Shown piece after piece: positions 49,158 to 58,601 of a DNA stretch of 64,000 nt (positions within the stretch are counted from its first letter, which is position 1; each line of letters opens with the position of its first letter). Position numbers and translations under genes: made by a program. The notes under the pieces were generated by a model. The model ran no database searches. It was not told the DNA's origin and worked only from the letters and a program-made list of their open reading frames with translations. The DNA is from a virus (lineage: Duplodnaviria; Caudoviricetes), in IMG/VR virus record IMGVR_UViG_3300011871_000002, positions 64,001 to 128,000 of that record; one strand, written 5' to 3'.

Positions 49158-49207
49158 CTCCGGGTCTTCTCCGAAGTGTGAATGTGCAAGGTGGACCAGT
49201 GGAACCG

Positions 49208-50731
49208 TTACTTCCTCTGGTCCAACAACTGCACTTTCTGGAGGAGAAGGATAAAAAAAGTCGACATCGTGTCCAGCACCATGAAGTTCGGGAACTTCTT
49301 CATCACGGTCGACGGGTTTTCGTAGTCACCGCGCGGAACAGCCACGACCGAGACAGTCGAGTCTTCCACGTACTGCTTGATGGCGTCGAAGAACACCTCG
49401 CTGTACTGATCTGCGCTACTGTAAACATCGAGGGCGTTGTCGATGTCTTCGCGTTCGTCGAGGATATCGGCGCCGACATTGATCTGCTTGACCCAGTGCG
49501 AGAACTGGCGCAAGTTGGTGGCCTTGCCCAGACGCTGGATGTAGGCCACGCGCTGACGCTCGTCGGTGTTCAGCCCGAGCGCCTTGTCGACCATCGCAGT
49601 GATGTTGTTGACCCAGCGGGCACCGTTTTCCAGGTACTCTGCAATACTCGGTACGGACAGCACGAACGAGAGCTGGTCGTTGACGACCACCCGGCGTTCT
49701 TGGCCGCGCAGGAACTGCTCTTGGTAGATACGCAGCGTTTCGCGGTTGACCTTCTGGCCGCGCTGCTTGGCCATGTGGGCGCGCTGGCGATCGGTAATGG
49801 CCAGGTTGTCGGTGATCTGGCAGCTACCCAGTTTGAGGATCGCTTCTTCGGTGATGTATTCACCGTTGTCGTTGATCTTCACACGGCTATACGGGTAGCC
49901 TTGCGGCCAGACCGTGTAGGCCAGTCCCCAGATCAGCAGTGGCAGATCCAGCACACTGATGACTTCGTGATACGAGCGTTCGTGCTCGATCAGGTTGCTG
50001 TTGTAGATGTGCTCGATGGCGAAGTCGGCCAGCACACCAGCGAAGATGGCCGAGTTGTTACCGAAGATCATGCCGTGGGTTTGGCGACCCAGATTGACTT
50101 TCTCTTCAGTCAGCTTTCGATTCAGCTCGACCAGTTCTTCGTCGCTCGGCGCCTTCATCGTGACCCAGATGCCGGTGTGGTACAGCGGGATGGTGAAAGT
50201 AGTGCCTTGGCCCAGCGCTTGACGCACCCGCATCATTGCCGCTTCCCCGGTCAGCTTCTTGCCGTCGCCCGACTGCCAGCTACGCTTGGTAGCAAACAGC
50301 GGGCCGTTCTCGCTCGGCACGTCCTGTACCCAGTAACTGCCTGGGCGGTAAGTGATTTCCGAGTACCAGCTGTCGTAGGGGATGGTGAACATCGCCCGCT
50401 GGAAACTTTCGAGGAAGCGTCGACCCGACTCCGACTTGCCCCAGTCTTCGTTGGGCATGTTGTTGAGCTTGTCGGCGGTCTCGTTGTAGGTCTCGTTGGC
50501 CAGATCGATCTGGCCTGGCGGACGCGGTTGGCCGACCGCGTGCTCGATGAAGATCTCGCGGGTTTGTTCGCAGGTCGGTGCTGCTGCGACTTTTTCTTCA
50601 GGTACTGCGCCGCCGTCGGCGGCATCTTTCAGGGCGGCGTCGTCAGCGACGTTCGGATTTGGAGACGGCAACGGCGCGGCGAGGTCGCCGAGCGATGGTG
50701 CTTGATAATTGCTGTTGTCTTGGGTATCCAC
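49208..50731 (-). CDS. Conserved phiKZ-like protein, possibly baseplate hub assembly
   Basis: 507 aa; AGGAG RBS; function is a guess. Confidence 0.45.
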   Translation of the reverse strand: MDTQDNSNYQAPSLGDLAAPLPSPNPNVADDAALKDAADGGAVPEEKVAAAPTCEQTREIFIEHAVGQPRPPGQIDLANETYNETADKLNNMPNEDWGKSESGRRFLESFQRAMFTIPYDSWYSEITYRPGSYWVQDVPSENGPLFATKRSWQSGDGKKLTGEAAMMRVRQALGQGTTFTIPLYHTGIWVTMKAPSDEELVELNRKLTEEKVNLGRQTHGMIFGNNSAIFAGVLADFAIEHIYNSNLIEHERSYHEVISVLDLPLLIWGLAYTVWPQGYPYSRVKINDNGEYITEEAILKLGSCQITDNLAITDRQRAHMAKQRGQKVNRETLRIYQEQFLRGQERRVVVNDQLSFVLSVPSIAEYLENGARWVNNITAMVDKALGLNTDERQRVAYIQRLGKATNLRQFSHWVKQINVGADILDEREDIDNALDVYSSADQYSEVFFDAIKQYVEDSTVSVVAVPRGDYENPSTVMKKFPNFMVLDTMSTFFILLLQKVQLLDQRK

Positions 50732-50736
50732 GAACT

Positions 50737-51453
50737 TTACTCCTGTGGCGTCGTGTTGGTGGTGGCTTCTTCAGTGATGGCGTCTGCCGGCGTCTCGGTG
50801 AACGCCACGTCCGACACGACGTTCGGGTCGACCAGTTCTTGCGCGGCCGTTTCAGCAGCCAGCTTGGCGCGGCGGCCTTCGTCGTACATGGCGCCCAGCT
50901 CGCTCAGGGTCATGCCCAGCAGGTTTTGCGCTTTCACGCTCCAGGCACCGTAGAGTTCGGCGATTTCCATCGCGGCCAGGGTTTCCCGGTTGCCGGTCTT
51001 GTCTTTGGCGCGGTGGGCGTGCATGTCGTGGATCTGGTCCAGTTCTTGCTTGAAGCGTTCGCAGTCCGCTTGCAGGATGCGTACACGTTCGTTGAACTGG
51101 CGCTCGTCTTTCATGTGGGCATGGATCGATTTGTCGCGCATGCCGCCGTGGCGCACACCGGGGTTGTTCGGGTCGGGGTAACCGGCGACTTCACCCATCA
51201 TGATCGGCAGCATGCCGTTGCAGGCGCGGTAGGTGCTTTCGAGGTCAGCCCAGATATCGCGCGCCGCTTCGCTCAGTGCCGCGGCTTCTTGCTTCTCGCT
51301 GTCGCTGATCTTGGCCAGTTCTTCTTTGGCCATGCGGCCGACCGGATCGTTCTTCAAAGCTTCGGCGTCGGCCTTGGCTTTGTCACGCGCTTCCTGTTCG
51401 GCGCGTGCTTTTTGCATGTCGCGCAGTTCGCGACTTTTGGACTTCTTGACCAT
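50737..51453 (-). CDS. Hypothetical coiled-coil protein
   Basis: 238 aa; GGAG RBS; strong codon bias. Confidence 0.7.
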   Translation of the reverse strand: MVKKSKSRELRDMQKARAEQEARDKAKADAEALKNDPVGRMAKEELAKISDSEKQEAAALSEAARDIWADLESTYRACNGMLPIMMGEVAGYPDPNNPGVRHGGMRDKSIHAHMKDERQFNERVRILQADCERFKQELDQIHDMHAHRAKDKTGNRETLAAMEIAELYGAWSVKAQNLLGMTLSELGAMYDEGRRAKLAAETAAQELVDPNVVSDVAFTETPADAITEEATTNTTPQE

Positions 51454-51616
51454 GATGGCTCCACTTAGGTTTTATAAGGAATGAACGCAAATCATCTGAC
51501 TCAATGGTGGCAGAATCAAAGTGATTGCAGGTGAAATCAGAAGGCCACTGAAAAAATCAGCACTCTCCGCTACTTTATTTAAATCAACAATATTTTTCGA
51601 CACACATGGAGCAACC

Positions 51617-52450
51617 ATGCTCGACCTTCACCGCCAGTACGTGGTAGAAAACGCCACGCCTGAACTCAGGACTGTTATTGAACGGGCCTATGCTATCTTG
51701 GTTACGATGGGTAGCCCTGAACTCGATGACAGTCTCGAAGAACTGATCATGCTCGATACGACCGTAGAGACGGGCGTGACGATGACCCGTATTAACAATT
51801 TGTTACGGGACCTCCAACACGATATGCTCAAACAACATGAAGTTTGGGTCGTGGAAGACGCACCGCTGAGCCTGACCACCGCGCTGCTGGAAGGCTTACT
51901 GAACATCCAAGAATACGAGGACATGGGAAGCGTCTATCGCATCACCACGAGCGACCAGGAACCCGCCGATACGTTCGCTGAAACGATGACGCTGGTGACT
52001 TCGCTGGAAGCGCACAACCTCGTGATGAGTCTGGAAGAAGTGGGGCCGAGCCTCATTCGGCGTCTGCGTGAAATCGCCGGTACCCGTGAAGAAGAAATCA
52101 TCACGGACGAAGAACGAATCGAGCGCGCCAATTACATTAGCCGCATCAACCAGTTCTGCCACTATACCCGTTCGCGCCACTACAAGCTCATTGAGCTGAT
52201 CAAAGGCGGCTGGAGCGTGGGCTACCCCTTCACTACCTATGCTGACCATGTGGGGCGGGAATTCGAAGGCATCATTCCAGAACAGATCGCCAAGGAAATG
52301 ATCTTGATGGCCCTAGCCTCGTGTGATGGTGCCCTTAATCCCCGTACCGTGATCAAACCGAACCTCGAACGGTACATTGCCAGTGTGAACGTGACCACCA
52401 AGGTCGACATCGAGGTCAACCGACTATTACAAGGATTTACCCATGAATAA
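51617..52450 (+). CDS. Conserved phiKZ-like protein (gp79-like by position)
   Basis: GGAG RBS before ATG 51617; overlaps the start of the vRNAP gene. Confidence 0.6.
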   Translation: MLDLHRQYVVENATPELRTVIERAYAILVTMGSPELDDSLEELIMLDTTVETGVTMTRINNLLRDLQHDMLKQHEVWVVEDAPLSLTTALLEGLLNIQEYEDMGSVYRITTSDQEPADTFAETMTLVTSLEAHNLVMSLEEVGPSLIRRLREIAGTREEEIITDEERIERANYISRINQFCHYTRSRHYKLIELIKGGWSVGYPFTTYADHVGREFEGIIPEQIAKEMILMALASCDGALNPRTVIKPNLERYIASVNVTTKVDIEVNRLLQGFTHE

Positions 52451-53753
52451 GCGCGATTTTTTCCTGCGCGCCATGAAAGCAGAAGAGTTTCGCCGGCGTG
52501 CGTGGGTGATCTCTGCTTTCAGTCTTCTCAACGAAGGTGGTGACGCATGGAAGCAAGAAGCCTACCCGTACCGGATCGTGCAGATGCCTACCGGGCACTT
52601 TTTCGTCGATCCGGAAAAAGGCAATGACCTGACCAAGATCGACGACGCCAAGGCCGGCGAGCCGCCGTTTGCGTTCAAGGACAGGATCAAGCTCGCTAAG
52701 GGCGATTTGCCGAATGTGTTTGACAACATCGAAACCAACTACGGTAACGTACTGGCCAACTGTCTGTTGTTTGTCTACCCATTCGGCCACAAGATTCCCT
52801 TCGTGCTGGGGCGCATGAAGCCCCGTAAGCTTGAAGCCATGATTCTGGAAAAGGGCCTGAAAGATACCCCCAAAGAAGGTGCAGTGCGAGACGACAAGTT
52901 TCTCTACGTGGATGAATACAAGAAGTTCGCTGACGCCGCGTTTTCTTTGGTGGCCTATACCCAGCTATGTGTGCCGGCTGCGACGCCAAAGACCTTGGTG
53001 CCGCCGGAGGGCATTCATGAGCTGCGTGACCGGCTCTTTGAAGAAAACAAAGACCGTCTGCACGATCCGGCCGTGATGGCTAAGATCGACGCCGAACTGG
53101 TGGCGTTTGACCGCGCATGGCTCAAAGGTGATCCGGGAGAGAATTACCTGATCACGGACAAGAACATGACGATTACCCGCAAGAAGCAATTCGGCACCAT
53201 GGGCGCGGAAGGTGGCTTGAGCGAAGGCATCAACGTCAATCCGATCCGCAAGTCCTTAAGCGAAGGCTGGGAGATCGAAGCCTTCCCCCAGATGAACGAC
53301 ACGCTGCGGGCAGGTTCTTATAACCGCGGTGCCCAGACCATGCTCGGTGGCGAATCGGTGAAGTGGCTCCTGCGCGCCTCGTCGAATATCAACATCAAGG
53401 AAGGTGACTGTGGCGCTACCTTGGGGCGCCGCTGGGATGTAACGAACGATAATGTGGACCAGTTGATTGGTTTTCACTTGGTCATTCAAAACAAACCGGT
53501 CCATGTACCTGACCGGGAAGCGGCGCAGCAATACTTGGGCAAGAGCGTTGTCATGCGTAGTCCCCAGTACTGCAAACTGCCATTGACAGACTTCTGTGCC
53601 TTTTGCGTTGGCGACCGTTTGGCGGCTAACCCGTTCGCTGCCGCTACTGCTGTGGCTGGCTACGGCTCTGCCTTCCTTGACATCTATATGCAAGCGGGTC
53701 ACGGAAAGAAGCTTACAGTTGCTAAGTTCGACTGGCAAAACGACATCTTTTAA
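52443..53753 (+). CDS. Virion RNA polymerase beta'-like subunit, C-terminal part (gp80-like)
   Basis: RAGSYNRG...T...G bridge-helix-like segment, DCG, RSPQYC...FCAFCVG Zn site. Confidence 0.85.
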   Translation: MNKRDFFLRAMKAEEFRRRAWVISAFSLLNEGGDAWKQEAYPYRIVQMPTGHFFVDPEKGNDLTKIDDAKAGEPPFAFKDRIKLAKGDLPNVFDNIETNYGNVLANCLLFVYPFGHKIPFVLGRMKPRKLEAMILEKGLKDTPKEGAVRDDKFLYVDEYKKFADAAFSLVAYTQLCVPAATPKTLVPPEGIHELRDRLFEENKDRLHDPAVMAKIDAELVAFDRAWLKGDPGENYLITDKNMTITRKKQFGTMGAEGGLSEGINVNPIRKSLSEGWEIEAFPQMNDTLRAGSYNRGAQTMLGGESVKWLLRASSNINIKEGDCGATLGRRWDVTNDNVDQLIGFHLVIQNKPVHVPDREAAQQYLGKSVVMRSPQYCKLPLTDFCAFCVGDRLAANPFAAATAVAGYGSAFLDIYMQAGHGKKLTVAKFDWQNDIF

Positions 53754-53770
53754 GTAAATAAGTAGTTATC

Positions 53771-53828
53771 CACGGTAAAACTCCTCATCTTATGTGCAAA
53801 ATATTTGATTTATAGGAGTTTTACCGTG
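53771..53828 (+). promoter_or_regulatory. 15-bp hairpin covering the RBS and start codon of the HNH gene, with TATG in the loop
   Basis: CACGGTAAAACTCCT/AGGAGTTTTACCGTG perfect inverted repeat. Confidence 0.8.
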
Positions 53829-54821
53829 ACCGAAAAAATAGAGGTTATTAGACCAAATGGGTTTTACGATGTTCCTGGAAATGAATTAGTCTGGGTAGCA
53901 CGTAATGGTCGGTGCATGAACCGTCGGACTGGAAAGTTAATCTCGATAACACCAGTACAAGGTGGGTATAAGGTTGTGTCGGTATATTTGGCTCAAGGTA
54001 AGACAGCGACATTCTATCATCATCGTCTTTTGGCTTTGGCGTTTGTTCATCGACCGCCTCGTCATTTTGAGAAAACGTTTGATGAACTTGAAGTGAATCA
54101 TATTGACGGTGATAAGTGGAACAATGACCTTAGTAATTTAGAGTGGTGTACACCTGAAGAAAATGTCGATCATGCCATTCGACTTGGACTGTACACCCAC
54201 GAAGTCATCCTTGCTCGAAATATCTTAGATAATTCCATTAAGCGTTTCCTAGGCGTGACGGGGTGCTCTAGGGCGTTCAATATAGATCACAAAAGGTTGC
54301 GGCGCCATGTCGAATCTAGGTTAGCGGGTTATGTGACGTGTGGGTGGCATGTTTTTAAGTATGACGACAAGAAACCTTGGCCTCGACTCGAAGACGAACA
54401 TTACCAAGAGAATACATGGGAAAAACACTTTGGTATGTGGGTAGCAAAGAAGGTAACAGACCCGAGTAAAATCATTATCTCTTCAACTGTTGCCGGTTTA
54501 TCCCAGATGTTGCAGATCCCCTATCATGTTCTTCGAAAACATTTAAGAAATAAAACAGATGCAATTCTCTTCGATGAATGGGTGTGTTCGTACGATGAGT
54601 TCTCTGTTGAACGTGCTAACGATCGTGCGTCTATCTACATTGACCGCGTTATTTTTCCACCCAAAGATGTTACAGTAAAAAACCGAATCACTGGAGAAAT
54701 CCAAACCTTTGCTAGTCGCAATATTGCCGCGACTTCGCTAGGAGTACATCCAGACAGGATTCGATATGCCCTAAAGGCCAAGGGCGGTGTTATCGGTGAT
54801 TTACAATTTATTGAAGCTTGA
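53826..54821 (+). CDS. HNH homing endonuclease
   Basis: HRLLALAF...VNHIDGDKWNNDLSNLEWCT...NVDH; C-terminal DNA-binding repeats; AT-rich. Confidence 0.9.
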   Translation: MTEKIEVIRPNGFYDVPGNELVWVARNGRCMNRRTGKLISITPVQGGYKVVSVYLAQGKTATFYHHRLLALAFVHRPPRHFEKTFDELEVNHIDGDKWNNDLSNLEWCTPEENVDHAIRLGLYTHEVILARNILDNSIKRFLGVTGCSRAFNIDHKRLRRHVESRLAGYVTCGWHVFKYDDKKPWPRLEDEHYQENTWEKHFGMWVAKKVTDPSKIIISSTVAGLSQMLQIPYHVLRKHLRNKTDAILFDEWVCSYDEFSVERANDRASIYIDRVIFPPKDVTVKNRITGEIQTFASRNIAATSLGVHPDRIRYALKAKGGVIGDLQFIEA

Positions 54822-54834
54822 TAAAGAGTTCACC

Positions 54835-54864
54835 AAGTTCGATTGGCAGAAAGATATCTTCTAA
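54835..54864 (+). pseudogene. Displaced copy of the vRNAP gene 3' end (KFDWQKDIF*)
   Basis: 25/30 nt identical to 53724-53753; all differences at third codon positions. Confidence 0.8.
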
Positions 54865-54914
54865 TCTTGTGTAGGCGACATCGCCACTTTCATTCATTTC
54901 TCTGAGGTATTTCC

Positions 54915-55703
54915 ATGTCCAAAGATCAGCGTCAAAAACAAGGCAACAACAAACCTTCCGCCCAGTTCACGGGTAACCAACCGAAGACGGCCATGAACAA
55001 TGAACAAGACAACCAACACCAGCAAAACAATGACGGTGGCGGCACTGCTGCTGACACTGCAACGCACTCCAACACCGGCGCCGTTCAATCCCAGCAAGAT
55101 CATGGCGGAGCAGCGCCGGCAGTTCAATCCAGCGAAAATCATGGCGAAGCTGCGGCAGGAGCGTCGACTGGCGAACAGCACGACGATGTGACCAGCCGTC
55201 GTGCAACCGAAGAAGAGCAAGACAGCCGCTGGTTCCCGCCCGCCGAACTGTGGGCACGCCCGGCCATCTCGCAGCACGCCAAGGGCCTGCTGGAAGACCT
55301 GCATGCGTACATCGAACGTATGGGGCCGACCTGCCCGATGACCGTCGCCATGGGCGCCACCAACCAACGCCGTCTGTTCCGCACTCTGCAAGGCATCATC
55401 AACGACCTCGACGGTACCGACTTCGACCTGGCCTTCGGCACCCTGCTGAAACTGATCGAGACGCACGCCAAGGGCGCCTTCTACGACCTGAACGTGTACC
55501 GCTTCCTGGACTCGGCAGAACTGACCCTCACCCAATCCGAGCGCCGTGCATTCCGCGACATCCTGAACTTCCTGATCAAGATCGCCCCGGAAGGTTCGCG
55601 CCACCATGTGGTGAAACAGGTGAACCTCGAAGTGACCTTCGCCGGCCGCAGCTTCAGCGAAGACGGCCGTCAGCGCGTGCAGAACTTCTGCCACATCCGC
55701 TAA
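54915..55703 (+). CDS. Hypothetical protein with disordered N-terminus
   Basis: 262 aa; GAGG RBS. Confidence 0.7.
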   Translation: MSKDQRQKQGNNKPSAQFTGNQPKTAMNNEQDNQHQQNNDGGGTAADTATHSNTGAVQSQQDHGGAAPAVQSSENHGEAAAGASTGEQHDDVTSRRATEEEQDSRWFPPAELWARPAISQHAKGLLEDLHAYIERMGPTCPMTVAMGATNQRRLFRTLQGIINDLDGTDFDLAFGTLLKLIETHAKGAFYDLNVYRFLDSAELTLTQSERRAFRDILNFLIKIAPEGSRHHVVKQVNLEVTFAGRSFSEDGRQRVQNFCHIR

Positions 55704-55766
55704 TACCTGCCACGATCGGGGCGGTAGTCACTGCCCCGATTCGACTACCATCAAGGGGAGAAAACA

Positions 55767-56588
55767 ATGCATGCGGCTATGCCCGCCTATTTCACACGCG
55801 AATACATTCGTCAAGTGCAAATGGCATTGAATGAGAAGACCAAGATGAATCTGCCTACCACGGGTCGCTTTAATGCGGGTTGGGCAGAGTTACTGAAGCG
55901 GGTGCAGATTGAAAACGGTTTGCTGCCAACTGCCAAGTACGACCAAGATACCCAGGAACTACTCGAACCATTTATCCAGATGAAGTATCTGCAAGATGGT
56001 GACTTCGAGGAAGCCGCAGCACTACTGGGCTGCGAGAAAGAGGCCATCAAGGCCGTCGCGCGCACTGCGATGTACGCTTCTGGTTTCATCAGTAGCGGCA
56101 AGTGCCGGATCACGTTCAAGCGTGAACGTTTTTACCAAGAGTTGCGAAAGCGCTTGTCGGAAGAAGAAATCAAGACGCACGAGCGGCGTAACCCTTCCGT
56201 GGTCGCACCTAATGGCGGCGGCTACCTATGTGACGACTATGAATACGTGCGCTTTTGTGCTGCCGTGTCGATCGACTCATACGCAGCGATGGTCTCGACT
56301 AGCTGGGGGATGTTCCAGTTGCCGGGTGCGAATTACCGCCAGTGTGGCTATACTGCTGTCGCTTCGTTTGCGATGGACATGCAACACTCTGAGCGCCGCC
56401 AGATGCTGGCTCTGGCCAAGTTCATCAAAGCGTCACCTACACTGCTCAAAGCGATCCGGGAGAAGGACTGGAATGCTTTTTGCTTACGCTACTTTGGTGA
56501 CGCCTACAGCCTGTACCAGTACGATCAGCGCATGCGCAGCAGCTACACCGATTTGACCCGTCAACGCAAAGCATCCATTGCTGCGTAG
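55767..56588 (+). CDS. DUF3380-type N-acetylmuramidase homologue with peptidoglycan-binding N-terminus, possibly inactive
   Basis: AAALLGC...AIKAV, STSWGMFQ-x-x-G-x-N...CGY and KDW...Y-x-G...YD motifs. Confidence 0.7.
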   Translation: MHAAMPAYFTREYIRQVQMALNEKTKMNLPTTGRFNAGWAELLKRVQIENGLLPTAKYDQDTQELLEPFIQMKYLQDGDFEEAAALLGCEKEAIKAVARTAMYASGFISSGKCRITFKRERFYQELRKRLSEEEIKTHERRNPSVVAPNGGGYLCDDYEYVRFCAAVSIDSYAAMVSTSWGMFQLPGANYRQCGYTAVASFAMDMQHSERRQMLALAKFIKASPTLLKAIREKDWNAFCLRYFGDAYSLYQYDQRMRSSYTDLTRQRKASIAA

Positions 56589-56632
56589 TCGGGCATAAGA
56601 GCCGAGGAAATGCTCCCCGGCTCTTTTTTCTT

Positions 56633-58459
56633 TTATGCCGCCATTTCAAGTGGCTGCGCCAAAGTCGACTCGTACGCAATCGGGCCGATGGTGATCGGTG
56701 GCAAGCCTTCGTCCATCAAGAAGGCATCGAGCAGGGTATCGAGTTCTGGTACCTTGAGTAGCACCGTGCAGAATTCCACCGCGTTGGTATGGCCACCTGA
56801 GAGGTTGATACCCTGTTCACGCTGGTCTTCAAAGTCCACACCCTCGATCCGGTGGATTTCACGCACCGTGGTATCTTTCGAGGTATTGAAGACCGCGCCG
56901 CCATTGGGGTAACTCGCGGCCACATCCAGGTCACCCACGTGAATCCGGATATTGGTTTCACGGCTTGGCCAATCTTCCAGCACCTTCAGGCCATTCATGG
57001 CGATGTTCGAGGCCGGTAGCGTACAAATCCAACCATCGAGCGGCACCACTAAACTATCGAGTTCATGGGCCATCTGGTCACTGGTCGTACCCAGCACATA
57101 GTTCTTGGTCTGCACAAAGAAGTGCAGGTTGTCAGCTGAGCAACGCGGCTGGGAAGAGAAGTCGCGGAAGTCGCTCGACCCGGCCATCATCGGCATCGTC
57201 AAGCGCAAGTCGTTGGTCTCTTCGTCCAGTAGTTCTGGCCCCACACAGTCGAACACGTTGTAGATGATGTATTCGAGCGGGTACTTGCTCTGCATCAGGC
57301 GGTGCCATGCCAGCCCACCCAGGTTCTCGGCTTCTTGCACGGTTTTTAGTTTACCGCGACCCTTGAGGTGTTTCTTCTGGATCGCATCCAGTGCGTAACT
57401 TGGCTCATCGGCTTCAGCGCCAGTACGGATGCGCTTATACGCACAGGCATTGTCAACGAAGTAAAAGCCAGCCGGCATGGCAACCGTGTGCCATTGCTCC
57501 ACCCATTTGAGGGGCTTGACCTTGCCCGAGGCCGTCACCATTTTGTTCTTGCCTTGGATGTACTCGAAGTGGCGATACTTGCGTCCGAGTTTCGGGTCGC
57601 AGAAGATTTCCTTGGGATCGATCCCGTTGCGCTCCAGTGTCGCCAAGGTTTTCGGAATATCGTAATTGATGTTCCAGATACCCACAAAGTCAGGTTGCCA
57701 CTCGTGAGCACGCGCAAAGACATACTTGATGATCTGTACTGGACCGTCGACGATCTTCAAGTCCCACTTGATCTGACGTTTTTCCACGTCTTCGGCCATG
57801 AGCTTGTTGAGAAGCTCCTGTAACTGCTTTTCGACATTCAGGTAACCGTTGACGAACTTTCTGTCCACAGCGGTCACGATGCGGTCCCTATAGGAAAGGG
57901 TCGCCATGATGATCTCGGTGCCGTCGCCATTGACCACATCGGTTTCGATGTCGAACACTGCCAAGGAGTTCGGTGTGGTCAGGTTGGGAAAACGCTGTTG
58001 GTAGGTGCGCTTGATCAGGGTGGTCGACTTGATGTCGGCGCCGTAGATGTACGGGTTACGCAGCAGTTGGCGCACCGAGCCACTGACCATGCGCGGCACT
58101 TCGGCCGAGCGTTTGAAACTTGGGTTGCGTGGCTGTGCGGCGATCACACCAGCCATCTGGCGGTGCATCCTGGACTGGGTGCAGACAAAGCGATCCAGTT
58201 TGCTTTTGTGTTCCCACTCTTTCTTTTCCAAGTGATTTTGGAAATTAACCTTGGTGACGTAAAAGGGTCGCTCATAGTTCTCGATCAAGACCGTGCGCGG
58301 TACCTTGCGGCCGTCTTTGAAATGCACCACTTCTTTCACGAGATGATAGTCGATGTTTTGGCCCAGCGGGGCTTCACAAAAGACTACGTGACGCGCTTCG
58401 ATCCCGAGCACGTCCGCCGGTAGGTTCTTCAGGTAGTCAATGAGGTTTTTGATAATCAT
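56633..58459 (-). CDS. Family-B DNA polymerase, exonuclease plus motif-A subunit (phiKZ gp82-like)
   Basis: ExoI FDIETD, ExoII WNINYD, ExoIII YNVFD, motif A DLDVAASYP. Confidence 0.85.
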   Translation of the reverse strand: MIIKNLIDYLKNLPADVLGIEARHVVFCEAPLGQNIDYHLVKEVVHFKDGRKVPRTVLIENYERPFYVTKVNFQNHLEKKEWEHKSKLDRFVCTQSRMHRQMAGVIAAQPRNPSFKRSAEVPRMVSGSVRQLLRNPYIYGADIKSTTLIKRTYQQRFPNLTTPNSLAVFDIETDVVNGDGTEIIMATLSYRDRIVTAVDRKFVNGYLNVEKQLQELLNKLMAEDVEKRQIKWDLKIVDGPVQIIKYVFARAHEWQPDFVGIWNINYDIPKTLATLERNGIDPKEIFCDPKLGRKYRHFEYIQGKNKMVTASGKVKPLKWVEQWHTVAMPAGFYFVDNACAYKRIRTGAEADEPSYALDAIQKKHLKGRGKLKTVQEAENLGGLAWHRLMQSKYPLEYIIYNVFDCVGPELLDEETNDLRLTMPMMAGSSDFRDFSSQPRCSADNLHFFVQTKNYVLGTTSDQMAHELDSLVVPLDGWICTLPASNIAMNGLKVLEDWPSRETNIRIHVGDLDVAASYPNGGAVFNTSKDTTVREIHRIEGVDFEDQREQGINLSGGHTNAVEFCTVLLKVPELDTLLDAFLMDEGLPPITIGPIAYESTLAQPLEMAA

Positions 58460-58601
58460 GGCAGCTCGTCTTCTTGTTGGGCGTGTATTTCGATAATCAC
58501 TATGAGTTTCAGCTACATTTTAGTGTAGCCTTCTCGGTCAGAATATCTACCGAGATTGTTATATTTGACTTTCCTGACTTATACGACCAAAGGACAGCAC
58601 C

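Noticed and set aside
49178-50953. 591-aa plus-strand ORF
   Set aside because: Antisense shadow of the minus-strand operon
53754-54834. Group I intron carrying the HNH gene
   Set aside because: The upstream gene ends with its own stop and the non-coding flanks are too short for a ribozyme core
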